Shown piece by piece: positions 9,408-19,000 of a DNA stretch of 61,180 bases. Below the pieces are notes generated by a model that was given only the letters and a program-made list of their open reading frames with translations, did no database searches and was not told where the DNA came from. The translations under genes and the position numbers were made by a program. The stretch spans positions 1 through 61,180 of the IMG/VR virus record IMGVR_UViG_3300043414_000203, one strand, 5' to 3'. Source of the DNA: a virus. Taxonomy: Duplodnaviria > Caudoviricetes. The stretch's first letter is position 1; each line of letters starts with the position of its first letter.

Positions 9408-12400
9408 ATGAGCCTGCACACATTAGCTAACCATCTCCAGACCGCCGGTCGCGGTGAGGACAAGGTACTTGTACACATGACCCCAGGCGAGGTCAACGGA
9501 TTACAGTCCTTGGCTATGGCACACGGTGGTTCGTTATCTATCAACCCTGAAACTGGATTGCCAGAAGCTGGATTCTTGTCGAGCATTCTTCCTATGATAG
9601 CTGGTGCTGGTTTGATGATGATTCCAGGTATGCAACCACTTGGTGCCGCCGCTATTACTGGAGCCGTTGGTGCTGCAACAACAGGTAGCCTTAGCAAAGG
9701 TCTTATGATGGGCTTGGGTGCCTATGGTGGTGCTGGTTTAGGCGCTGGATTTGGATTAGGTAGTGCTGCTAGTTCTGGTGCTAGTGCTGCATCATCTTTA
9801 GCTAGTGGGGCACAATCAGTAGCTCCAGAAGCTGCTAAAGCGGGCGCGGCTGCTGCAAGCGCAGGAAATGATGTATATGGCCGTATATTGGCAAATGGTG
9901 CTAATGCTGGACAAGCAACATTTAATCCAGCAGCAAATTTTTCTGGAATACCTGGTACAAATGTTGCGGCTATGCCTAACGCTATTAACCCAGCATTGTC
10001 TAGTGCAACTCAAGCAGCACAAGCACCTCTTGTTTCTACTCCTAATGCGCAAAATATTTCTTTAGGTCAACCATCAGCGCCATCTGTATTAGACAACATT
10101 AAAAACTTTCCAGGAAAGGTTTCTGATCTTTTAACAAAATCTGGAACAGAAGGTGACAAAGCCCGTGAAGATTTTTTAAAGGAAAACAAAAAATATTTAC
10201 TATCTGGTGGTGTTAGCGCACTTATGTTGTCGCGTGATGATCCTAGGGCTGCACCAAAAGAAGCAGAAACTCTAAAATTTAACCCTAACTATTATTCAGG
10301 CACAGGACAATACAATGCAGGCCCCATGTCAGGTAATAGCGGCGAGAGAACGTACTCATTCTATGCCGACGGTGGATCTGTAGGTCAGCCTGTAGAGCAA
10401 ATGTCACAACAGAATTCTGTAGGCGCTAATACTAACTACCCTATGGCTAACATAAAACCGTTTGGATATGCTGTTCCTAAGAATGTACCTGTATCACAGA
10501 ACGTATTCCAGCCTGAAAGTTATGAACGCCTAGACCCCTATACTGGTGAGCAACAGCTTGCGGGCGGCGGGCTGGCAACGCTGCATTTCAAATCAGGTGG
10601 CGCGTTTATCTCCAAGTTAAAGCCAGTAACGGCTCCTAAGAAAGCCACGCCTAAGTTGGCAGATACTAAAAAACTAGAAACTGAAATTTCCGGTTTGCAG
10701 AAGTACGGTTCGTATGATGACCAAATGGGCACATACAACGACAGAGGCAATCAGATTAAAGAACGTCAGGCAGACAAACAGAACAAAGCTAAAGAACTTG
10801 CTGAACGTCAGAAGTCTTACAACGCAGATTTAAAAAGAATGCAGGGTGAAGTAAATAAGCGTAAAGCAGAAATCAATACTGAGTACACAACAAAGATTAA
10901 TGACTTTAACAGAGAGACTAATTCTGAGATAAATAATAGAAAAAAGTCTATGAATCAAGAGCTTGCCCCGCGTCAAAATGAAGTTAACAGAATTAAAAAC
11001 AAAGCCGAAAGACGCGCAGCTCAAGCAGAGTTAAACGAGGCAAAAATAAATTCTACTAATGATTTAACTAACTATAAGAAAGATCGTGATAGTGAATTAG
11101 CCAACATCAATAAAGACAAAACCAATTCTCTTAATGATGCTGGTAACGACATTAAAAACTTTACCAACGACTTTAACAACTTTAAAAGTGAAATATCTCA
11201 GTTTAATAAAGATGCTGATTTTGAGATTGCAAAAGCAACTAAAGAACAGTCAGATGCTAAAGCAGCTGCTGGATTTGCAAAGCAGCGTCAAGAAAAAGAA
11301 GTGCAGTTTGAGAAAACAAGAGCAGCTAATGAATCGTTGACTAACAAAGCCAATGACGATTATGAAACTGGTATGAGCAAGTTTAATGAATACCAGAATT
11401 CTTTGAAGGATGAGCAGTCTAAGTACGAAGAACAAACCAAGCGTCAAGCTACTGGTATATCTTCCTTGCGCGCTCAATCAACAACAGCGCCTATTGGAGT
11501 TAAAGCTAATCAAGCAGAAATTAATCGGTTAGAACAAGAATTAAATTCTATGTCAAGCCTAGGTTTAGGTGCGTCCGGAGAAAGATCTAAGATACAACAA
11601 CAGATTGACGCCCTTAAATCTGGTACGTCTGGAGCTGCCGGTACATCTGCTGGCGTATATACACCGGAGTACATGAAAGACCCGCTTACAGGTAAGCTGG
11701 TTCCGTATCAAGATAAAGCATCATTTAAAAAGTACACCAAAGCTCCTGGTTACGATACGTCTACTCGTATTATGGATGAGTCAGATGTTAACAATCTGTT
11801 CCAAGATGTGGCTGGTCGTCGTCCAACACCAGAAGAGATGGATCAGTATGTTGGGACAAAAACTTCTGATGCCGCACTTGCTGGTCAGATTATGAAGTTG
11901 CCAGATGTTGCTGGCAAAACAACATTCTCTGATGAAGATTTGGCAGATAACTTTAAGTATTACGCAGGCCGCGATCCTACTAAGGGCGAGCTTGCTAACA
12001 TGAAGAAGTCAAAGTTAGATACGTTCAATGCGGTAAGAAATTATGTGCAATCACAACCAGCGTATGTAGATAACTTGAACAAAGTTGGCATGTCTTTGTT
12101 TGGTCAAGCTATGGAAACGCAGGCAACTGCTGCAGCTCAAGAAGCCCGTGGCAACAGACCATTAACAGCAGATGAAGTTGCAACAGCATATAAAGATACG
12201 TTGAATCGTGATCCAAACATGGATGAGTTGCGCAAGTACATGGGTACAAGTGCGCTGCCTACAGATATAACAAACCAATTAAAATCATCTGATGAGTATT
12301 TAGCATCGTTAACTAAACCTTTAGTTCCGGGATTGCAGCAAGGCGCTATTAGTCAAGCTCCTGCTGTAGCTCCTATTAACTTTACCAAGTATGCACCAGG

Positions 12401-13070
12401 CACTTCTTTGTCATATACGCCTGAGCAACAAGCACAGTCTGGTTTGGGTTCTATTACTGGCGGCCTAGCTCCAACAGCTACAGGTATGCAGCAACCTACG
12501 TTGCGTGGCCCTGTAACTATTGAAGGCGCTATGCCGTTAAATCCTACTGGGCAAGAACAGTTAGGATTGCAAACATTGTTTGGTCAGTTAGCTAACCAAG
12601 CCCCAGCTTTACAAACTGGTATGAACTTTGCCGCACCTGAACAAAGTATGTTTGGCTTCCAGCCTTATGGCGCGCAACAGAATCCTCAATCTATGGAAGC
12701 TATTTTGGCGGCGCTTAAAGCTCAACAGATGCAACAAGCTGCCCCTACTGGCATGGCTGCTGGTGGTATGGCTGATGGTGGTTACAACTTGGGAGGTTAC
12801 TCCGATGGCGGCAGATTACTCCGTGGCCCAGGCGATGGCGTTAGTGATTCTATTCCAGCTACTATTGGTAATCGTCAGCCTGCTCGTCTTGCTGATGGAG
12901 AATTCGTCGTACCTGCAAGGATTGTTTCAGAACTCGGAAACGGAAGCACAGACGCCGGAGCAAAAAAACTCTACGCTATGATGCAACGTATTCAACAAGC
13001 TCGCGGTAAAACAGTTGGCAACGGTAAGGTTGCAGTTAATAGTCGAGCAGAAAAACTTCTGCCCGCATGA
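9408..13070 (+). CDS. Large internal virion / ejection protein
   Basis: 1220 aa; hydrophobic Gly/Ala segment, central coiled coil, several xxGG motifs, C-terminal GPGDGVSDSIPA..LADGEFVVP domain. Confidence 0.7.
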   Translation: MSLHTLANHLQTAGRGEDKVLVHMTPGEVNGLQSLAMAHGGSLSINPETGLPEAGFLSSILPMIAGAGLMMIPGMQPLGAAAITGAVGAATTGSLSKGLMMGLGAYGGAGLGAGFGLGSAASSGASAASSLASGAQSVAPEAAKAGAAAASAGNDVYGRILANGANAGQATFNPAANFSGIPGTNVAAMPNAINPALSSATQAAQAPLVSTPNAQNISLGQPSAPSVLDNIKNFPGKVSDLLTKSGTEGDKAREDFLKENKKYLLSGGVSALMLSRDDPRAAPKEAETLKFNPNYYSGTGQYNAGPMSGNSGERTYSFYADGGSVGQPVEQMSQQNSVGANTNYPMANIKPFGYAVPKNVPVSQNVFQPESYERLDPYTGEQQLAGGGLATLHFKSGGAFISKLKPVTAPKKATPKLADTKKLETEISGLQKYGSYDDQMGTYNDRGNQIKERQADKQNKAKELAERQKSYNADLKRMQGEVNKRKAEINTEYTTKINDFNRETNSEINNRKKSMNQELAPRQNEVNRIKNKAERRAAQAELNEAKINSTNDLTNYKKDRDSELANINKDKTNSLNDAGNDIKNFTNDFNNFKSEISQFNKDADFEIAKATKEQSDAKAAAGFAKQRQEKEVQFEKTRAANESLTNKANDDYETGMSKFNEYQNSLKDEQSKYEEQTKRQATGISSLRAQSTTAPIGVKANQAEINRLEQELNSMSSLGLGASGERSKIQQQIDALKSGTSGAAGTSAGVYTPEYMKDPLTGKLVPYQDKASFKKYTKAPGYDTSTRIMDESDVNNLFQDVAGRRPTPEEMDQYVGTKTSDAALAGQIMKLPDVAGKTTFSDEDLADNFKYYAGRDPTKGELANMKKSKLDTFNAVRNYVQSQPAYVDNLNKVGMSLFGQAMETQATAAAQEARGNRPLTADEVATAYKDTLNRDPNMDELRKYMGTSALPTDITNQLKSSDEYLASLTKPLVPGLQQGAISQAPAVAPINFTKYAPGTSLSYTPEQQAQSGLGSITGGLAPTATGMQQPTLRGPVTIEGAMPLNPTGQEQLGLQTLFGQLANQAPALQTGMNFAAPEQSMFGFQPYGAQQNPQSMEAILAALKAQQMQQAAPTGMAAGGMADGGYNLGGYSDGGRLLRGPGDGVSDSIPATIGNRQPARLADGEFVVPARIVSELGNGSTDAGAKKLYAMMQRIQQARGKTVGNGKVAVNSRAEKLLPA

Positions 13071-13498
13071 AGCTAAACATAAGTCTTGTACCGTATGGCG
13101 GATTGTCTAAAGCAGTAATGGCAATCATGCCGTACTTAGAAGAGTCGGCTGTAAGAAGTAGAGGTCGGTCTTCTGTAGATGACATATTGAAGTTTCTGTT
13201 TACTGGACAGATGGCGTTATGGGTTGTGTTTGACGAAGAGACGCATGAGGCGCACGGTCAGTTTATTACAGAGGTTAAGCAGTATCCGCAATCAAGCATG
13301 TTGGTAATTCAGTATGCTGCCATGTTGAACAATCACATGGATGAGATTGAGGATCTGATGCAGGAATATGCACAGGTGTATGCAAAAGATACTGGATGCC
13401 GTGGGATAGAGTTTATTGGCAGGCCAGGGTGGAAGAAACATGCAACTAAATATGGTTACCAAGCGCAGAGCGTAACGTACCAGAAATTCTTTGAATAG
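13067..13498 (+). CDS. GNAT-fold protein in ejection module
   Basis: GCRGIEFIGRPGWKK...GY motif of phage acetyltransferase-like proteins. Confidence 0.6.
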   Translation: MKLNISLVPYGGLSKAVMAIMPYLEESAVRSRGRSSVDDILKFLFTGQMALWVVFDEETHEAHGQFITEVKQYPQSSMLVIQYAAMLNNHMDEIEDLMQEYAQVYAKDTGCRGIEFIGRPGWKKHATKYGYQAQSVTYQKFFE

Positions 13499-13506
13499 AG
13501 GCGATT

Positions 13507-14613
13507 ATGAGCCGAGTATCGTATGCAATGATGGAAGCTGGGTTTATACCTGGTGACTTGGGCGCGTTCAAAAAAGAAGGCGGCAAGATCAAGTTGTATG
13601 ACGGCGGCGGTCAACAGACTCCTACCAGTACAACCCAGACAACTCTGTCTTACCCAGCTGAGTACAAGCCTATTGTTAATGAGGCTACTCAACGTGCGGT
13701 GGCAGAAGCTTCCACTCCGTACACTGCATATAGAGGCGAACGTATAGCTGGGTTTGATCCATTCCAGCTTACTGCGCAGCAAGCTGTAGCAAACATGGGG
13801 CCAGCTCAACAACTAGGCCCAGCTACCCAGTATGCTGCTTCTGCTGGCGCACGAGCCGGAGATATTCAGTATCAACCACAGACTAACTTTGGCGCACCTA
13901 GCTTTACGCAGCCAGGTCTAGCAGGTCTGTACATGTCTCCGTATGCACAGAACGTAGTAGACATACAGAAACGTGAAGCACAACGTCAGGCAGATATAGC
14001 AGGTCAACAACAACAAGCAGGTGCTGTTAAGCAAGGTGCTTTTGGTGGATCGCGTCAGGCTATTTTGCAGGCAGAGGCTAATAAAAATTTAGCTCAACAG
14101 ATGGGTGATATCCAGAAAGCTGGCAGTCAAGCGGCTTACGAGCAGGCTCAGAATCTGTACAGCAACGAAGCGCAGCGTCAGATGGCAGCGCAGCAGGCTA
14201 CAGAACAATCTCGCCAGTACGGTGCTGGTCTTGGTTTACAAGGACTATCCACTCAGTTACAAGCTGCACAGCAGTTGGGTACATTGGGCGGAGAACAAAT
14301 GAACCAACAGCAGTCGATTATTAACGCATTGCAAAATGTTGGTCAGCAGCGTCAAGCTATGAACCAGCAGCAGATGTCACAGCAGTATCAAGATTTCCTA
14401 ACGCAGAAACAATATCCATATCAGCAGCTATCTTTCTTAATGGAAATGCTGAAGGGCGTACCACAAAACACTACGCAGCAAGTTTATCAAGCGCCTGCAT
14501 CTAGCACCGCAATGATGGCAAGTGCTGCCCCACTGCTGTATGGTGCTAATAAAATATTTGGCGCAGAAGGCGGCTTGATGGGGTTGGGCGTACATAATTT
14601 GTCTAGGGGTTAA
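13507..14613 (+). CDS. Internal virion / DNA ejection protein
   Basis: Gln/Ala-rich; YMSPY..NVV, GAFGGSRQ motifs. Confidence 0.7.
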   Translation: MSRVSYAMMEAGFIPGDLGAFKKEGGKIKLYDGGGQQTPTSTTQTTLSYPAEYKPIVNEATQRAVAEASTPYTAYRGERIAGFDPFQLTAQQAVANMGPAQQLGPATQYAASAGARAGDIQYQPQTNFGAPSFTQPGLAGLYMSPYAQNVVDIQKREAQRQADIAGQQQQAGAVKQGAFGGSRQAILQAEANKNLAQQMGDIQKAGSQAAYEQAQNLYSNEAQRQMAAQQATEQSRQYGAGLGLQGLSTQLQAAQQLGTLGGEQMNQQQSIINALQNVGQQRQAMNQQQMSQQYQDFLTQKQYPYQQLSFLMEMLKGVPQNTTQQVYQAPASSTAMMASAAPLLYGANKIFGAEGGLMGLGVHNLSRG

Positions 14614-14615
14614 TC

Positions 14616-16022
14616 ATGTTTGGTGAGATAAATGCAATCCGTGCGCTTGCTACTAAGTACAGCAAGCCACAGTTAGCAAACTTGGTGCAGACTGGTCAGC
14701 TTGAGCCGCAGAAAGCTGTGATGGCTGGCATGATGATTGACCGCATAGCCAAGTCAGCTATGGATCCCCCGCAGACTACAGTAGCTCAAGATGTCTTGGG
14801 ACAAGCGCCGACAGCTGGACAAATGCCTCTTGGTCAAATGCCACCACAAGCTATGCAAGGTCAACCTCCACAGATGCCTCCGCAAATGGCGGCACATGGT
14901 GGTCTTATGGGTATGTTGCCACAGAGCCATGGTGTAGCTGCTTTGCATTCCGGCCTGCATGATATGGCTGGCGGCGGGATAGTTGCGTTTGCGCACGGTG
15001 GAGATGTTCCTGGCTACGCAGGTGGCACAGTACCTGATGCTGCTCCACAGCCTACCTACTTGCCAAACAATATTGATTTTGAAAAAGGTAATGTTCCTGT
15101 ATATCGCACAGAAGCACCTAAAGAAGTAACTCTTTCTTCTGCTACTGAACAAAGAAAAACAGCAGAGACCCAAGCTGGGTTAGATCCAAAGTTCTATGAA
15201 ACTTTAAAAAATGAAGTTCTCAAAGACAAAGAAGATTTTACTAAGCAAAAAGATGAAGCTAAAGGTATGGCTGCACTACAGTTTGGTCTTGGTTTAATGG
15301 GCGCACGTAAGGGTCAGGAATTCCAAACTGCTTCTACCGCAGGACAACAAGCATTAGCCCAGTATGGTTCTACACTAAAAGATATTAAAGCATCAGAGAA
15401 GGAGATGAAGAAAGATCTTCGTCAACTTACTATGGCTGAACAAGCATACAAACAATCCAACTCTGATAAAGATTTGGCAAAGGTTGATACGTATCAGAAC
15501 AAACTTCAAGACAGCAAAGAGAGCTACACCAAAGCTCTTAATGATGCAATCAGAATGCAAGAAGACGTCTTTAAAGCTAAAAAACAAGCAGAAACACAAC
15601 TTACAGTTGCAGATAAACAATCGGCTAGTGCTAGAGAGACTACCGGAATGCGCGAATCTGGAGCTGATAGAAGAGCTTTATTACCTGATGCACAAGAAAG
15701 AATTATTAACAACACGCTTGAGTCTCTTCGTAAAACAAATCCAGATGCAACTTATGCAGATGCTGTGCAAGCTGTTAAAAATGCAGGTGGTACATCAGCA
15801 GCATCGTTAGCAGATAAAGCATACGACAACGTAATGAAGAGAGCGCAAGTTGATATGGCATTTCAAATGCAAATTAGTAAAGATCCTTCTGCATTACAAA
15901 CTGCGATTGATGCAGAAACTCGCAGGATCCAAGCCGGTGGTGGCGGTGGAAGATCTTCCACTCCTGCGCCCGGAGGACAGCGAGGTCAAGTAGATACTAG
16001 AAACCCTTTACTTGCTGGTTGA
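14616..16022 (+). CDS. Internal virion / ejection protein
   Basis: MAGGGIVAFAHGG motif, helical C-terminal half; position. Confidence 0.65.
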   Translation: MFGEINAIRALATKYSKPQLANLVQTGQLEPQKAVMAGMMIDRIAKSAMDPPQTTVAQDVLGQAPTAGQMPLGQMPPQAMQGQPPQMPPQMAAHGGLMGMLPQSHGVAALHSGLHDMAGGGIVAFAHGGDVPGYAGGTVPDAAPQPTYLPNNIDFEKGNVPVYRTEAPKEVTLSSATEQRKTAETQAGLDPKFYETLKNEVLKDKEDFTKQKDEAKGMAALQFGLGLMGARKGQEFQTASTAGQQALAQYGSTLKDIKASEKEMKKDLRQLTMAEQAYKQSNSDKDLAKVDTYQNKLQDSKESYTKALNDAIRMQEDVFKAKKQAETQLTVADKQSASARETTGMRESGADRRALLPDAQERIINNTLESLRKTNPDATYADAVQAVKNAGGTSAASLADKAYDNVMKRAQVDMAFQMQISKDPSALQTAIDAETRRIQAGGGGGRSSTPAPGGQRGQVDTRNPLLAG

Positions 16023-16029
16023 GGCATAC

Positions 16030-19000
16030 ATGCCAAGCTTAACTGAAATACTTAAAGATCCTAATTACGTTAACGCCAACGAGGCTACAAAGCGGGCTAT
16101 TTTTGATAAGTATTCTACTCAGGATCAAAACTATTCTGGCGCAAACGATGCAACAAAAGATGCCATACGCCAGAAATTTGGTGTCGTTACAGAGGCTCGC
16201 GCAGAACCTGCCGCTCCTAAAGAGCGCACCATGGTTGAAGCAGCCAAAGATATAGGTGCTGGCTTGGTATCTGGCACTGGCGCTCTTACGCAACTGCCTG
16301 GTCAAATCTACGGTTTAGCTACAGGTGACTTCTCTGATACTGGACTAACTAAAGTCGGGCGCGAAATGCGCGAGTACGGCGAGTCTATGAAGTCAGAAGA
16401 GTTAAAGCGCAGAGAAGTAGAGCGTTCAGCTAAGATTTCAGCCGCAGAAAAAGAAGGTCAGATATCTGCTGGTGTTACTGCATTCATGGAGACTATCAAA
16501 GATCCAGCTCTCCTTACCAACTTCATAGCAGAGCAAGCCCCTAATCTTATTCCTGGGCTTGGTGTTGCTCGTGGACTCAAGGCTGCCGGTATGGGAGCGC
16601 AGGCTGTTAGAGGTGCCATAGGTACAGGCGCAGTCCAACAAGGTGCTGATATTGGCGCTCAAACCTACGAAGAGTTATACAAAGAACTTAAAGATAAAGG
16701 CATGTCAGATGGCGAGGCTGCCGGTAGGGCGCTAGGCTATGCCCGTGCTACTGGCGCTGGCGCTGCGGTTATATCTGTATTGGCACAAAGACTACCCGGC
16801 GCTCGTGCTATTGAAGAAGCTATGGCTGGCGTGGAAGGTAAGGCTGCTACTGGCATTCTTGCTAAAGCAGGTAGAGCAGGTCGTGCTGTAAGTGGCGCTG
16901 CCGGTGAAGCTGGTAGTGAGATAGCAGAAGAGACTGGCGGTAAATTGGCTCAGAACATTGCTATGGCGCAGGAACGCCCAGACTTTAGTCTTACTACTGG
17001 GTTAGGACAAACTGCTGGTATGGCGGCTGTGGGTGGCGTAGGGATGGGCGGTGTCTCTGGTGCTATAAGCAGGGGACAAGTGGAAACTCTTCCACCTGAA
17101 ACACCACCAGAGAAGCCGGTAGAGAAACCAGTAGGGGTCGAGACTCCACCAGGTGCTATTCCGACACCTAAACTCAATCGTGCTAGTGACGATGAGATTA
17201 AGAGACTAGATACGTATTACGAAGGCAAACCGGAAGACTTTGGTTTATCACTGGCTGATATACAAAACCGTGACCGCTCTAAACCTTCGTATGTAGGGCA
17301 GATGCAGTCGATAGCGGCTAAACCTAACTATGACCGTATCAGCGTATCCCGCGAGTTTGCGTCCGGCGCGCCCGTAGTTATCAGTGATATTCAATTACCA
17401 GATACACAACTAGGTAGGATTGAGACGGTAGCATCAGAAGATAACACTCGTTTCCCTATTCGTTATGCCGTAGTAGACGCTGGTCAATTAACTCCATCCC
17501 ATTTGGTAGATGGTACAGCCGTTCAAAACTATGGTGACCCAAGTGTAGAAGGTATACGTCCTGTCGCTGGCAACGGTCGCGTAGCTGGATTAATGCAAGC
17601 GTATAAACAAGGAACGGCTGAAAATTATAAAACAATGATGATGGAAGATACTGATCACGGTATCAATCCAGAAGTAATTCAGCAGATGGCTAACCCTGTG
17701 TTGGTTCGTATCATGCCTAAAGCTGACTTAACTTCAGACATAGCAGATAAAAGTAATGTTGCTGGGCAAATGCGCATGACCCCAGCCGAGCAGGCAAAAG
17801 TAGACCTTGGCAGGTTTGATGTTACTAAAGTTGATTTCATGGCAGATGGCGCGCCAAGCTATGAATCATTGGTACAGTTTATTAACTCCATGCCAGAGAG
17901 TGAGCGTGGAGAGTTGATGGATGAGGGCGCTCCTAGTAAAGAAGCAGTTACTCGTGTAAACAACGCTATTTTCTCCCATGCCTACGACAGCCCACAGTTG
18001 ATGAGGTTGTTCTCCCAAGCTATAGATCCAGAAGCGGCAACTGTTATGCGGGCGGTAGCACTGGCGGCACCAAGTATGCACAAGCTTAATGAGGCTGGTG
18101 AATATGACTTCCGCGACAGGTTAATTAACGCAGCGCAGGAGATTGTTAACGCTCGGCGTCGTGGCATTAGCCTAGCCACATTCCGTCAGCAACAAGACAT
18201 AGACCGTGATCCTTACACAGCTAAGATCATGGACTTCTTTATAGATAACTTGCGCGCACCACGCAGGATGGGTGATGTGTTGACAGAGTTAGCAGATGCC
18301 GCGCACCAGCAATCTGTAACTGGCGAGGATATGTTTGGGGAAGTGCCTAAAGTTCCTATGCAGGATATCTTCAACAGAATACTTGGTGGTGATCCTATCA
18401 CTCAACCATTTACGCAAAAAACTGTAGAGGTTGAAGAGCCGGAGGTTAAAGAACGCATTCCATTTGAAATAGATAAATCTGTACATGAAATAGCAAAAGA
18501 AATTTATGGAATGAGCGTTCCACAGTTGTCACAGTGGATGATTGATAACGCGCCTAACAGTGCTGCCAAAGCTATTGCTGAAGCTATACATAATCGCATT
18601 AAAGAATACGATAGCCTTGGCGTTAGCATGACACTTGAAATTTTACAAGGCAAAAAAAGAGATAAAACTGCGCTTGGTTCGGCACAATTTATTCCAACAA
18701 CACAAGGAACATCTTTTGTTGTTAGATTAAACGCGCCACCTACTGCAAATAATACTGATATCTTAACTGGAACAGAATACGAAACAATAATTCACGAGTT
18801 TCTGCATGTTGTTACGCAAGTGCAAATTGGTCTTTTGCCAAAAACAGATCCAAGAATACAAGAGTTAGAAAATTTATTGGATACCGTTAATCGCCAAATA
18901 GAAAAAGATATGGCGTCTGGTAAAAATAATGATCAACTTCATCCAATGATTTTAGTTTTCTTAAATGAAAAAAGATACGCCCCTAAAAAATGGAAGCAAT

